Of a DNA stretch of 64,000 nucleotides, positions 32,705 to 42,701 are shown piece after piece. Source of the stretch: Candidatus Entotheonellaceae bacterium (GTDB taxonomy: Bacteria > Tectomicrobia > Entotheonellia > Entotheonellales > Entotheonellaceae). The notes under the pieces were generated by a model. The model was not told where the DNA came from. It searched no databases and saw nothing but the letters and a program-made list of their open reading frames with translations. The stretch is from NCBI GenBank assembly GCA_965238075.1, contig OZ250173.1, forward strand, positions 1,760,001 to 1,824,000, in the 5' to 3' direction. A program made the translations under genes and the position numbers. Within the stretch, counting starts at the first letter, position 1. Each line of letters starts with the position of its first letter.

Positions 32705-33604
32705 CTACGCGGCGCCCCCGGCTCCAGGGTCCTGGCGGCGCTGGCGCAAAAATTGCTGAATTTCTTCCACGATGACGTCCGTGTCCACTTTCGGCTGCTC
32801 GGTCTGAGCCGCGTCGTAGGCCTGTTCGAGGCGCTTCACGTATTCCGCCAAGTCGGGATGGTTGTCCAGCTGCGCGTGCAAGGCGCCGTCGAGTTCGGCG
32901 GCGTGCTCTTCGATCGGCTGCAAATCGACGGACAGGCGCCACATGCGGCGCAGCAGGTGCAGCATGGCCTGGGCGACGTGCGGATAGCTGCCCTCGATAT
33001 AGGTCGGCGTGCCGCCCCACAGGCTGATACCCTCGATGCCACGCTCCTGGCAGGCGGCCAGCAGGTAGGATTGGATGCCGGTCGGGCCCTCGTAATCGGT
33101 GAGTTCCACGTCGTGCGCCATGAGTTCCGGGCGCAGGGCGGCGTCCGTCACCACCGCCGAGATGCGCGGCGTGCGGGTATGAGGGGCGTGGTCGAGATAG
33201 CCGCCGATGGTGTACACCCGCTGCACCTGAAAGCGCTCCGCACAGGCGAGGATGGCTGCCACGTATTCCTGCCAGTGCAGATCGGGCTCCACGCCCTCCA
33301 GCAGGATGAGATCGTGTTCACCGTTCTGCGGGCACTGCCAGCTGTACAGCGTATTGGACGGAAAGCGCATGGACTCGATCAACCCCTGGTGGATGACCGT
33401 CGCAGGGCGGCTGGCCAGGGTGGGCGAAGCGTAGATGTAGAGGCCGTCGGAAACAATCTCGCCCAGGGGCTCCGTTGCCAGGTTGGATTGCAGGAATTCC
33501 ACCACCTCGGTGGACACCTCACCGCCGTTGGCCCAGCCGTCGAAACCGGCGAGCAGGTAAGGGGCCCGGAGGTCGGGCGTGTGGGTCAAGGCCAATCTGT
33601 TCAT
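32705..33604 (-). CDS. PAC2 family (proteasome assembly chaperone-like) protein
   Basis: GFDGWANGG, GVEPDLHW, PHTR, YEGPTGI, YVKRLE, EEIQQFLR. Confidence 0.85.
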   Translation of the reverse strand: MNRLALTHTPDLRAPYLLAGFDGWANGGEVSTEVVEFLQSNLATEPLGEIVSDGLYIYASPTLASRPATVIHQGLIESMRFPSNTLYSWQCPQNGEHDLILLEGVEPDLHWQEYVAAILACAERFQVQRVYTIGGYLDHAPHTRTPRISAVVTDAALRPELMAHDVELTDYEGPTGIQSYLLAACQERGIEGISLWGGTPTYIEGSYPHVAQAMLHLLRRMWRLSVDLQPIEEHAAELDGALHAQLDNHPDLAEYVKRLEQAYDAAQTEQPKVDTDVIVEEIQQFLRQRRQDPGAGGAA

Positions 33605-33720
33605 GATCGCGCCTCGTCGTCTGTATTGTTGTGGTGATAAGCTGGAAATTCAGTGTGAGGGATGCCGCCAAGCATAGCGGCTTGCACCCAGCGAAGCAAC
33701 GCCGGGAATCCATCCTGCTC

Positions 33721-35082
33721 CTAGAAGTCCAATTTCCCCGGATTCATGATGCCGTTCGGGTCCAACTCCCTCTTTAGGCGCCGCAGGATCGACAATCCCT
33801 CGCCGTGTTCGCGACGCATGAGCGGCGCCAGGCGCAGCCCCACCCCGTGGCAATACTCCATTGCGCCGTCCGCATCCTGCGCCAGCTCAAGCAACTGCGC
33901 GTGCGCCTCGGCCATGGCCGCCACACCGCCGCCAGAGTACACCAGCGAAAACAGTCCGGCATGTGCCCACAGCCCGGTCTGGTGGACACGAAAACCCCGC
34001 GCTGCCAGCAGCTTCAAACTTTCGCGCCGGTAGGCCGGCACCGCGCTCGGCGGCAACGCCACGTGCACGTAGTCGATCTCCGGCCGACCGCGGCGTTCCC
34101 CGGCTCTTCGCGCCCTGGCATACGCATCCCCGCTGGCGTGACGTTGATCCCAGAAGCGTTGCACCTCGGACAGATCGAGCGCTTGGCCGCCGCTTTGCAG
34201 GCAAACCTCCCGCCCTACCTGCGACTCGGCATGGGCGACGGCCTCCGGTCCTTCGTAACTGACGTACAAAGCCGTCGGCGGGTCGTGTTCGGCGCTCGGG
34301 TCGTCATCGCCGTATTCCAGCAGTCCGGGCCGGATACCCGCTTGCAGCAGGGCATTGATGGCCTCAAAGCCAGCGGCAAAATCATCGAACCCCCAGCCTT
34401 CCAGCAGCCGCGTCTGCGGAGTGGGGAACAGCCGCAGGGTGGCGCGCGTGACCACTCCGAAGCAGCCCTCGGCGCCGATGAGCAGGCGATGCAGGCCCGG
34501 ACCGGTGGAGGCTTTCTCCACCGCCCGCGTGGTGATAATCTCGCCGGTCGGCGTGACCGCTTCCAGCCCCAGGACCTGATCGCCCATGGCGCCGTACTTG
34601 CCGCCGAGGTAGCCCAGACTGTTGGTGGCGATCGTGCCGCCCACCGTGGCCACCGAAACCGTCCACGGATCGTGCCCGCACGTCAGGCCGTGGGGCTTGG
34701 CCGCCGCGTTCAACGCCGCAATCGTCGCCCCGGCGCCGGCCTCCGCCGTGCGGTCCACCGGACGGATCCGCACCTCCGTCAGCCGGCACAGATCAAGCAC
34801 CACCCCCGGCGTCACCGTCGCCGCCCCGCCCATCAAGCCGCTGCCGCCGCCCAGCGGAATCACCGGCACCCGGTGCGTATTGGCCAGCCGCACCACCTCC
34901 TGCACCTCCGCCGTGCTCCGGGGACTCACGACGCACAGGGGCCTTGCCGACTCGGTACCGGCCGGCAGCCGCGACGGGTGCATGGCATCGCACGCCAGCA
35001 GGGTCAGCGACGCCTCATCCGTGCGGATGCGGGACGGGTCGAGCGACGCCATCATGGCGTTCAGCAGATCGGATTTCGACAT
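33721..35082 (-). CDS. FAD-binding oxidoreductase (GlcD/ADPS-like)
   Basis: PLGGGSGLMGG, TVGGTIATN, GAEGCFGV, HGVG, DPNGIMNPGK. Confidence 0.88.
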   Translation of the reverse strand: MSKSDLLNAMMASLDPSRIRTDEASLTLLACDAMHPSRLPAGTESARPLCVVSPRSTAEVQEVVRLANTHRVPVIPLGGGSGLMGGAATVTPGVVLDLCRLTEVRIRPVDRTAEAGAGATIAALNAAAKPHGLTCGHDPWTVSVATVGGTIATNSLGYLGGKYGAMGDQVLGLEAVTPTGEIITTRAVEKASTGPGLHRLLIGAEGCFGVVTRATLRLFPTPQTRLLEGWGFDDFAAGFEAINALLQAGIRPGLLEYGDDDPSAEHDPPTALYVSYEGPEAVAHAESQVGREVCLQSGGQALDLSEVQRFWDQRHASGDAYARARRAGERRGRPEIDYVHVALPPSAVPAYRRESLKLLAARGFRVHQTGLWAHAGLFSLVYSGGGVAAMAEAHAQLLELAQDADGAMEYCHGVGLRLAPLMRREHGEGLSILRRLKRELDPNGIMNPGKLDF

Positions 35083-35292
35083 GGGCGGTTCACTTCCTCA
35101 TTCATGTGGAGGCAACGGCGGCAGAAGGTCGGGAACGCACGGCATCCTAGCAACCCGTCCCCGCAGCGTCCAGACAGCGGCGGCATCATTGCCCGTCCCA
35201 TGCGCGGTTGTAGAACCTTCCGGCTATGCGTATAGTGTTGGATTCATTCAAAAAACGTTCAGGCAGGGTTGCGACAGACGAGAGGGCGATTG

Positions 35293-36246
35293 ATGTCACA
35301 GGACATATTGGCGTGGGTGGCATTCAACATCTTCATTTTGGTCATGCTGGCGCTGGACTTGGGCGTATTCCATCGCCGCCAGCACGTCGTCGGGGTCCGC
35401 GAGGCGTTGCTGTGGAGCGCGCTGTGGATCACCCTGGCCCTGGTGTTCAACGCGGGTCTGTACGTCTTCGAAGGGCCGGAGGCGGCGCTGACGTTCTTCA
35501 CCGGATACCTGCTCGAAAAGTCGCTCAGCGTTGACAACCTGTTCGTTTTCCTGCTGATCTTTACGTACTTCGGCGTGCCCCGCCTCTACCAGCACAAGGT
35601 GCTGTTCTGGGGCATCCTGGGCGCCCTGGTCATGCGCGCCGCCATGATCGCCGTGGGCGTCACACTGATCCATCACTTCCATTGGATTCTCTATGTCTTC
35701 GGCGGTTTTCTGGTCATCACCGGGGTGCGCATGGCGATGCAGGGCGACGAGGAAATTCACCCGGATAAGAACCCATTGGTGCGGCTGTTCACCCGCTTCT
35801 TCCCGGTTACCACGTCCTACCACGAAGCGAAGTTCTTCGTGCGGCTCGACGGGCGCCTCCTTGCCACGCCGCTGTTGATCGTCGTGCTGGTCGTGGAAAC
35901 CACCGACGTGGTCTTTGCCCTCGACTCCATTCCGGCCATTTTCGCCGTCACCACCGACCCGTTCATCGTCTACACCTCCAACATCTTCGCCATCCTCGGC
36001 CTGCGCGCCCTTTATTTCGCCCTCGCCGGCGTCATGGGCTTCTTCCACTTCCTTAAATACGGCCTTTCCTTCGTCCTCGTCTTCATCGGTATCAAGATGA
36101 TTATCGCCGACTTCTACAAAATCCCCGTCCACTGGGCGCTCATCGTGGTCGCCGCCCTCCTGCTCCTGTCCGTCCTCGCCTCCCTCATCTGGCCGCCTGC
36201 CCCCGAGGACCAGACCGAGAGTGAACAGGTGGAGGTGACGGATTAG
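35293..36246 (+). CDS. TerC/Alx family membrane protein
   Basis: EKSLSVDNLFVF, ETTDVVFALDSIPA, SNIFAILGLRALYF. Confidence 0.93.
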   Translation: MSQDILAWVAFNIFILVMLALDLGVFHRRQHVVGVREALLWSALWITLALVFNAGLYVFEGPEAALTFFTGYLLEKSLSVDNLFVFLLIFTYFGVPRLYQHKVLFWGILGALVMRAAMIAVGVTLIHHFHWILYVFGGFLVITGVRMAMQGDEEIHPDKNPLVRLFTRFFPVTTSYHEAKFFVRLDGRLLATPLLIVVLVVETTDVVFALDSIPAIFAVTTDPFIVYTSNIFAILGLRALYFALAGVMGFFHFLKYGLSFVLVFIGIKMIIADFYKIPVHWALIVVAALLLLSVLASLIWPPAPEDQTESEQVEVTD

Positions 36247-36301
36247 ACGATGGCCGATGAGCTTGGCCCAACGAGCACAGGCGCCCGGAAGGACCTTTAT
36301 C

Positions 36302-36493
36302 ATGTCCGATAATCAGGCACGATTCATCGTGAATGCCGCAGGAAAAAAAACGGGTGTGCTGCTTTCGATGAGGCAATACGAAAAATTGATGGCGGACCTG
36401 CATGACTTGGCCGTCATTGCGGCACGTCGAGAAGAGGAACCGATACCGCTTGAAGAAGTGAAACGGCGCTTGCAACAAGATGGCCTTCTATGA
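36302..36493 (+). CDS. Putative antitoxin of a RelE-type TA pair
   Basis: FIVNAAGKKTGVLL..YEKL..DL pattern; overlaps the toxin start. Confidence 0.75.
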   Translation: MSDNQARFIVNAAGKKTGVLLSMRQYEKLMADLHDLAVIAARREEEPIPLEEVKRRLQQDGLL

Positions 36494-36747
36494 AGTTGTT
36501 CTCAAACTCTCGGCCGAGAAAGAGCTAAGGGCCTTAACCTAAGCCGGTCCGAGCGAGGATTTTGACACGTCTTGAGCACTTGAGAAGGGAGCCTATGCCG
36601 CGGCTGGCGGTGAAATTGGCTGGTGGGGAAGGAAGGTATCGGGTGCGTGTGGGTGATTACCGCATCATCTATGGCGTGGATACCCAAATTCGTCAAATTA
36701 CAGTGCATTACATACGACACCGGGGCGATGCCTATCGCAGCTTGTAA
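36480..36747 (+). pseudogene. RelE/ParE toxin, frameshifted (+1 at ~36537)
   Basis: MAFYEVVLKLSAEKELRAL then stop; shifted frame gives PKPVRARILTRL..KLAG..YRVRVGDYRIIY..IRHRGDAYR. Confidence 0.8.
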
Positions 36748-36814
36748 ATCCCTTCACAGCGCACCACAGTCGGACGACGCTCCGGTTGTACAACACAAAG
36801 GCTGATAATCGCAT

Positions 36815-37774
36815 ATGAAACATAAAGTTGCATGGCTGCTAAGCGGCCTGGGAATTATGGTGCTGGGCGCTTTGCTGTGCCTGGCGGGGACCGTGGCGGC
36901 GCGGCACGGCGACATTCTGGAACGGGCCGCAGCCTTGGCCGAAACGGGCGACACCGCTGAGGCGTTGTCCGCCTTGCAGGCTGCCGAAGCTCAATATGAA
37001 AAGACGTTCTGGGGAATTCCGCAGGGGCCGCTGCTGAACGCGTTATCGTGCCTGGGCTTCAGCCAGCGCGCCGACATCCGGCTGCGCCTCGCCGAGATGT
37101 CGTACCGCGACGGCGAGCGCCTGCTGGGTGCGTACGCCCGAGCGCGCTTGGCGGCCGATTCGGGGGACTCGCGCAACGGCGCCACGGCGGGAACACCGAG
37201 CCTGGACGACGTGAAACAGCAATTCAGCGCCGCAGTGACGCAATACAAGGACGTACAGGGGCTCACCCGGGACCCGTACCGGTTGTTCACCGCCCGCGCC
37301 AACGGTGCCCGGGCCATGACGCAATTCTTCCTGGTACAGGGCTTTCTGGGCGAAAAACAGCGCGATCAGGCGGGCTTGAAGCAGGGCCTGATGCGCGCCG
37401 TCAAGCTGCTCCAGGAAGCCCTCGACGCCCTGTACACCGACGCGGTGCGAGTGTCGTCTGCCGAGGAGCGGAGCCTCGTGCTACTGCTGGAGGCGTTGAC
37501 CCGTTTTGAGCGCCGCCCGGACGTGGAGGCGGACGAGCGCCGACGCCTGGCGCAGTTCTTCCGCGACACCGAGTTCGAGCCGGACGTGGCACCGCTCGGC
37601 GAAATCCTGCGCTCGACCAACTCGCAGGCGCTGTCCCGCGCGGAGAGCAGCATGCGCGAATTCCTCCTCAACCAGAGTCCCAACTCGGCCCTGCGCGAAA
37701 ACGAGCGCGACCCCAGCGGTTCCCGCAGCGGCAAGGGCAGCGCCGATTCCGGTAGCGAGGGCGGCACGCACTGA
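36815..37774 (+). CDS. Membrane-anchored helical/TPR-like hypothetical protein
   Basis: N-terminal TM, Ala/Leu-rich helices, low-complexity tail; coupled to a VWA gene. Confidence 0.6.
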   Translation: MKHKVAWLLSGLGIMVLGALLCLAGTVAARHGDILERAAALAETGDTAEALSALQAAEAQYEKTFWGIPQGPLLNALSCLGFSQRADIRLRLAEMSYRDGERLLGAYARARLAADSGDSRNGATAGTPSLDDVKQQFSAAVTQYKDVQGLTRDPYRLFTARANGARAMTQFFLVQGFLGEKQRDQAGLKQGLMRAVKLLQEALDALYTDAVRVSSAEERSLVLLLEALTRFERRPDVEADERRRLAQFFRDTEFEPDVAPLGEILRSTNSQALSRAESSMREFLLNQSPNSALRENERDPSGSRSGKGSADSGSEGGTH

Positions 37775-37775
37775 C

Positions 37776-38813
37776 ATGCAGTGGGAATATCCGTGGGTTC
37801 TGACCGGCTTGCTGGCGGTGCCGGGGCTGGCATATCTGTTCGGGGTGCTGTGGCGGCAGAAGACGGCTTTTCGTGAGGCGTGGAGCCAGCTGCCCTACAC
37901 GCGGGCGCAGAGCATGCCGCCCGCCGCCGCGCGCCACCACCTCAGCACCGCGCTGTTCCTGCTCGGCTTCGCCCTCAGCGTGGCCGGGTTCGCCTCGCCC
38001 ATGCTGCAGCGCACGGCGTGGGAACCCTTCTGGGAGAACGTGGCCTTGGTGGTCATGATGGATTTCTCCCGCAGTATGGAAGCGCCGCGCGACCCCGACG
38101 AACTGAACGCTCCCAGCCGCTTCATCGAAACCCGCCAAAACATCCTCGGCTTCCTGTCCGACCTGCCGCCGGGGGTCAAAGTCAGCTTCGTGCCGTTCTC
38201 CGAATACGCCATCCCGATCACCAGCGGCTTCAGCGACGACCACGGCGAGCTGGTCGCCAAGGTGCGCCGCCTGCAGCGCGATTTCTTCTACAAACAGGGC
38301 ACCGACCTCGCCCTCGCCCTCCAGGAAGGCTTCAATCTGGCCGACGCCTTTGCGCAACTGCACGCCGACAACGGTGCCGGGCGGCCGCCGGTCACCTCGA
38401 TCATCCTCATCAGCGACGGCGACGAGCCGATCAACGACGACCTGCGCAGAGCGGTCGACGAGCGCAACGGAAACCCGGTCCCCGTCTTCACCATCGGCGT
38501 CGGTTCCGCCACCCCGGCCTACATCCCGGATGACGAGTCGCCGGTCGGCTACCTGCTCGACGACCACCAGCAGCCCGTCACCACCGCCCTCAACACGGAA
38601 ACCCTGCGCTTCATCGCCGACAAGACCGGCGGCGCCTATCACACCTTCGCCGAACGCGGCGAGTTAGTGGCGGCGCTGCAGGACATCATTCGGGAACAGG
38701 GCGTGCGCAGCCAGCGACCATACACGTACCTGTTTCCGCTGCGGGGATTCCTGTTTTTCGCGGCGTTTGTGGCGCTGGTAGCGGCGTGGCGGGTCGGGGA
38801 TTGGCAGCCGTAG
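37776..38813 (+). CDS. VWA-domain membrane protein (BatB-like)
   Basis: MIDAS DFSRSM, GTD, ILISDGD, TIGVGS, IADKTGGAY, terminal TM helices. Confidence 0.85.
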   Translation: MQWEYPWVLTGLLAVPGLAYLFGVLWRQKTAFREAWSQLPYTRAQSMPPAAARHHLSTALFLLGFALSVAGFASPMLQRTAWEPFWENVALVVMMDFSRSMEAPRDPDELNAPSRFIETRQNILGFLSDLPPGVKVSFVPFSEYAIPITSGFSDDHGELVAKVRRLQRDFFYKQGTDLALALQEGFNLADAFAQLHADNGAGRPPVTSIILISDGDEPINDDLRRAVDERNGNPVPVFTIGVGSATPAYIPDDESPVGYLLDDHQQPVTTALNTETLRFIADKTGGAYHTFAERGELVAALQDIIREQGVRSQRPYTYLFPLRGFLFFAAFVALVAAWRVGDWQP

Positions 38814-38841
38814 GGGCGGGCTGAGCACCCGCCCACCGGCC

Positions 38842-39855
38842 TTAGGCGACGGAGAACGACGGAGCGTTCTGGGGGGGAATGATCTGGTCCGGGGTCAACT
38901 CCACGGCGTCCTTCTGGTACACCTGGATGCGGTGCGGCCCGCAGTCCGCGACGTACATGCGCCCCTCGTCGTCGAGCCGCACGGAGGCGGGGCCGCGGAA
39001 GCGCTTCTGCGGCTCAAGGTTGGCCATCTCGCGCTGGCGCAGAGGCTTGGGGTTGGCCAGCACGTAAGCCCGGCCCATCTTCGACAGCGTCGCGTCCCCA
39101 TAGAACTGCTCGACGTACCTGCCGTCCGCATCGAACAACTGCACGCGGTTGTTGCCCCAATCGGCCACGTAGATGTCGCCGTGCCCGTCAACGGCGATGC
39201 CGGTGGGCCGGTTGAACTGCCCGTCGCCGCTGCCCGGTGAGCCGAACATGGCGATAAACCCGCCGTCGGCGTCGAACTTCTGCACGCGGTCGTTGCGCCA
39301 ATCGACGACGTACACCGCGCCCTCATCATCTACCGTAATGCCCCACGGCATGTTGAACTCGCCCTCGCCGCTGCCGAAGCTGCCCCATTGCTTGCGGAAG
39401 CCGCCGTCCTTGCTGTACTGCTGGATGCGGTGGTTCAGCGTATCGACCACGTACAGGTTGCCCTCCGGGTCGAAGGCCATGCCCGACGGGCGGTTGAACT
39501 GCCCGGCGCCGGCGCCGGGCTCGCCCCACTTGCCCAGGTAGTCGCCGGCGGTGCTGAACATCGAAACACAGTGGCGCCCCTCGTCGGAGACGTACAACGT
39601 GTCGTCGCCGTCCAGCAGGATGTTCGCCGGCCACAGCAGCTTGCCGTCGGCGTTGCCCGGACCGCTGATGACGTCGAGGTCCTCGTCGTCCCAGCTGAGG
39701 CGGCGGATATCGACCGTCAGCGAGCCGCGGCACAGGACGTAGAGCCGTCCTTCGCGGCCAATCGCCAGATCGACCGGATTCGACGTGACGCGGCGCATGC
39801 CGAGGCTCTTGATGTAGGGGAACCCGGCACGAAGTAATGCGTATGCTCTCGGCAT
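38842..39855 (-). CDS. NHL-repeat beta-propeller protein
   Basis: Repeated G.G.GQFN.P.GIAVD..G.VYV.D..N.RVQ. Confidence 0.92.
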   Translation of the reverse strand: MPRAYALLRAGFPYIKSLGMRRVTSNPVDLAIGREGRLYVLCRGSLTVDIRRLSWDDEDLDVISGPGNADGKLLWPANILLDGDDTLYVSDEGRHCVSMFSTAGDYLGKWGEPGAGAGQFNRPSGMAFDPEGNLYVVDTLNHRIQQYSKDGGFRKQWGSFGSGEGEFNMPWGITVDDEGAVYVVDWRNDRVQKFDADGGFIAMFGSPGSGDGQFNRPTGIAVDGHGDIYVADWGNNRVQLFDADGRYVEQFYGDATLSKMGRAYVLANPKPLRQREMANLEPQKRFRGPASVRLDDEGRMYVADCGPHRIQVYQKDAVELTPDQIIPPQNAPSFSVA

Positions 39856-39873
39856 TCTCGACTCCTTATCGGT

Positions 39874-41019
39874 TCACTGGCCATTGCTTTTGAACGGTTT
39901 CAGCTGCTCGAAGGTGCCGCCGACGAATTCGGTGGCGCCCATGCCCACCCACTGCTCCAGCATGGTGGCGTAGATGCCGCGGAAGTCGATGGTGTGGCGC
40001 ATGTCTTCGCCGTAGAGCCATTGCGCCGCATCCAGCGACGGGTATTCGGCGTACAGGCCGCCGGCCACCCGGTCGCCGATGATGAAGGCGCCGCCGCCGG
40101 AGCCGTGATCGGTGCCGCTGGCGTTGTCCTTGATGCGCCGGCCGAATTCGGTGAACACCAGAATCGCCACCTCGTCCGAGGCGTCGTGCTCGCGCAGGTC
40201 CTGCATGAAATCGCGCAGCGCGCCGGTGAACTCGCTCAGCAGCCGCGGGTGCACCGCCGCCTGCGTGGCGTGGGTGTCGTAGCCGCCGTGCTGGGTGTAG
40301 AAAATGCGCGCGCCCAGGCCGGCGGTGTGCACGCGGGCGACGTCCCGCAGGCTCTTGGCGATCGGGTTGTCGGCGTACTGCACGGTGGATTCGTACATCG
40401 CCGGCGCCTGCTTGATGATGTCGGCGCCGGTCAGCACGTCGAGGCCGGTTTGCGCCAGGTAATCCATCACCCCGCCGCCGTCCGTGCCTGGGGCGTACAT
40501 GGTCTGGAAGCTCTGCAGCGCCGCCTGGCGCTCCGTCGCTTCGCCGATGCCGCCCAGGAGGCCGTAGGTGTCGAGGTCGGCAACCGACGTCACCGGCACC
40601 CCGGCGGCCGCCATGGCACGCGGCAGGCCGCGTCCGAAGCTGACGCCCGTCAGCACATTTTCCTTGTTCGGGTCGAGGTCCCGCAGCACCTTGCCGAGCC
40701 AGCCTTCGAGCACCAGCCGATCCGGTTCGCAGGTGTGCCAGATGTCCATGCCGCGGAAGTGCGAGCGGTTGGAATCCGGGTAGCCGATGCCCTGCACGAC
40801 GGCCACCACACCCTCTTCGTACAGGTCCTTCAGCGCCTCGGCGTTGGGGTGAAAGCCGAGGGTGTCGTTCAGCGGCAGAACCTGCTCCTGCGGCACGCTC
40901 AGCGTCGGGCGGGCGTCGTAGTAGTTGCCGTTGGTGTAGGGAACGATGGTGTTCATGAAGTCATTGCCGCCCGACAACTGCACGACGACCAACACGGGCG
41001 CTTTACCGTTTCCTGCCAT
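39874..41019 (-). CDS. DUF1501 family protein
   Basis: VVQLSGGND, NRSHF, GGYDTH, TEFGRR, GTDHG, DFRGIYAT. Confidence 0.9.
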   Translation of the reverse strand: MAGNGKAPVLVVVQLSGGNDFMNTIVPYTNGNYYDARPTLSVPQEQVLPLNDTLGFHPNAEALKDLYEEGVVAVVQGIGYPDSNRSHFRGMDIWHTCEPDRLVLEGWLGKVLRDLDPNKENVLTGVSFGRGLPRAMAAAGVPVTSVADLDTYGLLGGIGEATERQAALQSFQTMYAPGTDGGGVMDYLAQTGLDVLTGADIIKQAPAMYESTVQYADNPIAKSLRDVARVHTAGLGARIFYTQHGGYDTHATQAAVHPRLLSEFTGALRDFMQDLREHDASDEVAILVFTEFGRRIKDNASGTDHGSGGGAFIIGDRVAGGLYAEYPSLDAAQWLYGEDMRHTIDFRGIYATMLEQWVGMGATEFVGGTFEQLKPFKSNGQ

Positions 41020-41040
41020 GCTTCGGATCTCCTTCATTCA

Positions 41041-42447
41041 CTATGCAAACTGAAATTCGCGCGTCGCCACGATGAGCTGCAACAGTCGGGCAATCCGCCC
41101 GTCGCTCGCCTGACGCGAGTCGTCCGTATCCAGGACCACGTCGCCGCCGGCCGCCACCGCATTGATCAGCGCCTGACGGGTCGGCTCGGCCACGCTCAGC
41201 GGCCCGACCAGGTCCAGGCAGCCGTCCACGCAGGCCTCGGAAGACAGCGTGCCGCCCATGGCGCTGAGGCGTTCGATGACCCGCTGCACGCCCGGCCGGT
41301 TGACGTCGTTCAACTCGTTCACAGCGAAATTGACCCGCTCGTTCAGGGTGCCGCCGTCGATCCATTCCTTGCCCGTATGCCAGCCTTCCACGGTCGGCGG
41401 ATTCATCAGCGCCTGACCCATGGCCGAGGTCGCCACCGCCAGGTTCAGCAGGCCGGGCTCGGGGAAGCTGTGCGAGCCGGCGAGCTTCACGGCGCTGACC
41501 ACCAGCTCCACGGGGCTCTTCACCTTGCGGAAACGCGCCGCCTTGAACGCCTCCGAGTTGAACAGCACGCGCAGCATGGCGCGCAGGTTACCGCCGGACT
41601 CGAAATACGCCTGCTCCAGCGCCTCGACACACTGCGGATCCTGGGGCGGCACGTTGTTCCACGCCGGCACCTGCGGCTCGTCGGCCACGAAGAAGTTGTA
41701 CAGATGGCGGGAAATGAACCGCACCGCGGCGGGCTGCTTGACGATGATGCGCACGATGTCGTCGCCGTTGAAGTTCCCGGTTTCGCCCAGGAAGGTCTTC
41801 ACGCTGTCGTCGTGGTCGTCCTCGCGGAAAACGAACGATGACGGGTTGCAGCCATTCGGGTACAGCGGAATCGGTTGCGTGGCGGTCCAGCCGGTAAAGG
41901 CCCGCGCCGCGTTCTTGATGTCCTGCTCGGTATAGTTGCCGAGGCCCATGGAAAACAACTCGAGGATCTCGCGCCCGTAGTTCTCATTTGGGGTGTCTTT
42001 GTGATTCTGGGTATTGTCCAGCCAGTCGAGCATGGCGGGGTCGCGGGACAGGTCGAGCAGGATGGTTTCCATGTCGGAGAGGCAGTTTTGGCGGAAGGTG
42101 TCGATCTGCCGCGGGACGCTGGGGGTATGCTCGCTCTTGTGCCAGCCGGTGGCGAAGATGCCGTGCCAGAAGAGGGCCATTTTTTCCTGCAGCGGGCGCT
42201 TCGTATTGATCATGCGATAGAGCCAGCGCCCCTGCCAGAGCACGGGGGAATCGTCCATAACGGTGGCCATGGAGTAGTAGCGGCACAACACGTCTTCCTC
42301 AACGTCGGGCGTCTGCTCCGGGTGCAGCAGCGTTTCCACCACGTCGGCGTAGTCCATGCCGTCATACGCCTCCAACTCGGCGCGTGTGGCGCCGAATCCG
42401 GCGCGCCGCAGCAAGTGTGCCAGGAGTGCGAGTCTGTCGTCAGCCAT
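41041..42447 (-). CDS. DUF1800 family protein
   Basis: HLLRRAGFG, EKMALFWH, PNENYGREILELFSMG, ARAFTGW, KSPVE, PPTVEGW. Confidence 0.9.
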   Translation of the reverse strand: MADDRLALLAHLLRRAGFGATRAELEAYDGMDYADVVETLLHPEQTPDVEEDVLCRYYSMATVMDDSPVLWQGRWLYRMINTKRPLQEKMALFWHGIFATGWHKSEHTPSVPRQIDTFRQNCLSDMETILLDLSRDPAMLDWLDNTQNHKDTPNENYGREILELFSMGLGNYTEQDIKNAARAFTGWTATQPIPLYPNGCNPSSFVFREDDHDDSVKTFLGETGNFNGDDIVRIIVKQPAAVRFISRHLYNFFVADEPQVPAWNNVPPQDPQCVEALEQAYFESGGNLRAMLRVLFNSEAFKAARFRKVKSPVELVVSAVKLAGSHSFPEPGLLNLAVATSAMGQALMNPPTVEGWHTGKEWIDGGTLNERVNFAVNELNDVNRPGVQRVIERLSAMGGTLSSEACVDGCLDLVGPLSVAEPTRQALINAVAAGGDVVLDTDDSRQASDGRIARLLQLIVATREFQFA

Positions 42448-42701
42448 GCCTATCTCCTTACTGTCAAGGCTCGCCCGGCGCCGGGTGATATTCGGATGCG
42501 CGGAACGGGCGAGGCGCCTTGGCGTTTGCGGGGGGTAGTTGAATCCGCCAAGTATAGCGGTAGCCCGCTGCCATGTACAGACGGCGGCGTGCTTCCATTC
42601 CGCCCCCGACTTTGGTACAACATAGCGCTTTGACGTGGCGCCGTGCCGAGCGTGCGCCAAGATGCGCGAGGCGCCATCTCAACCACCTGGAGGAAGTAAG
42701 T

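Noticed and set aside
35100..35292. yybP-ykoY (Mn) riboswitch expected upstream of terC
   Set aside because: No GGGGAGUA / CGUC / GAGACC-like core could be found by eye.
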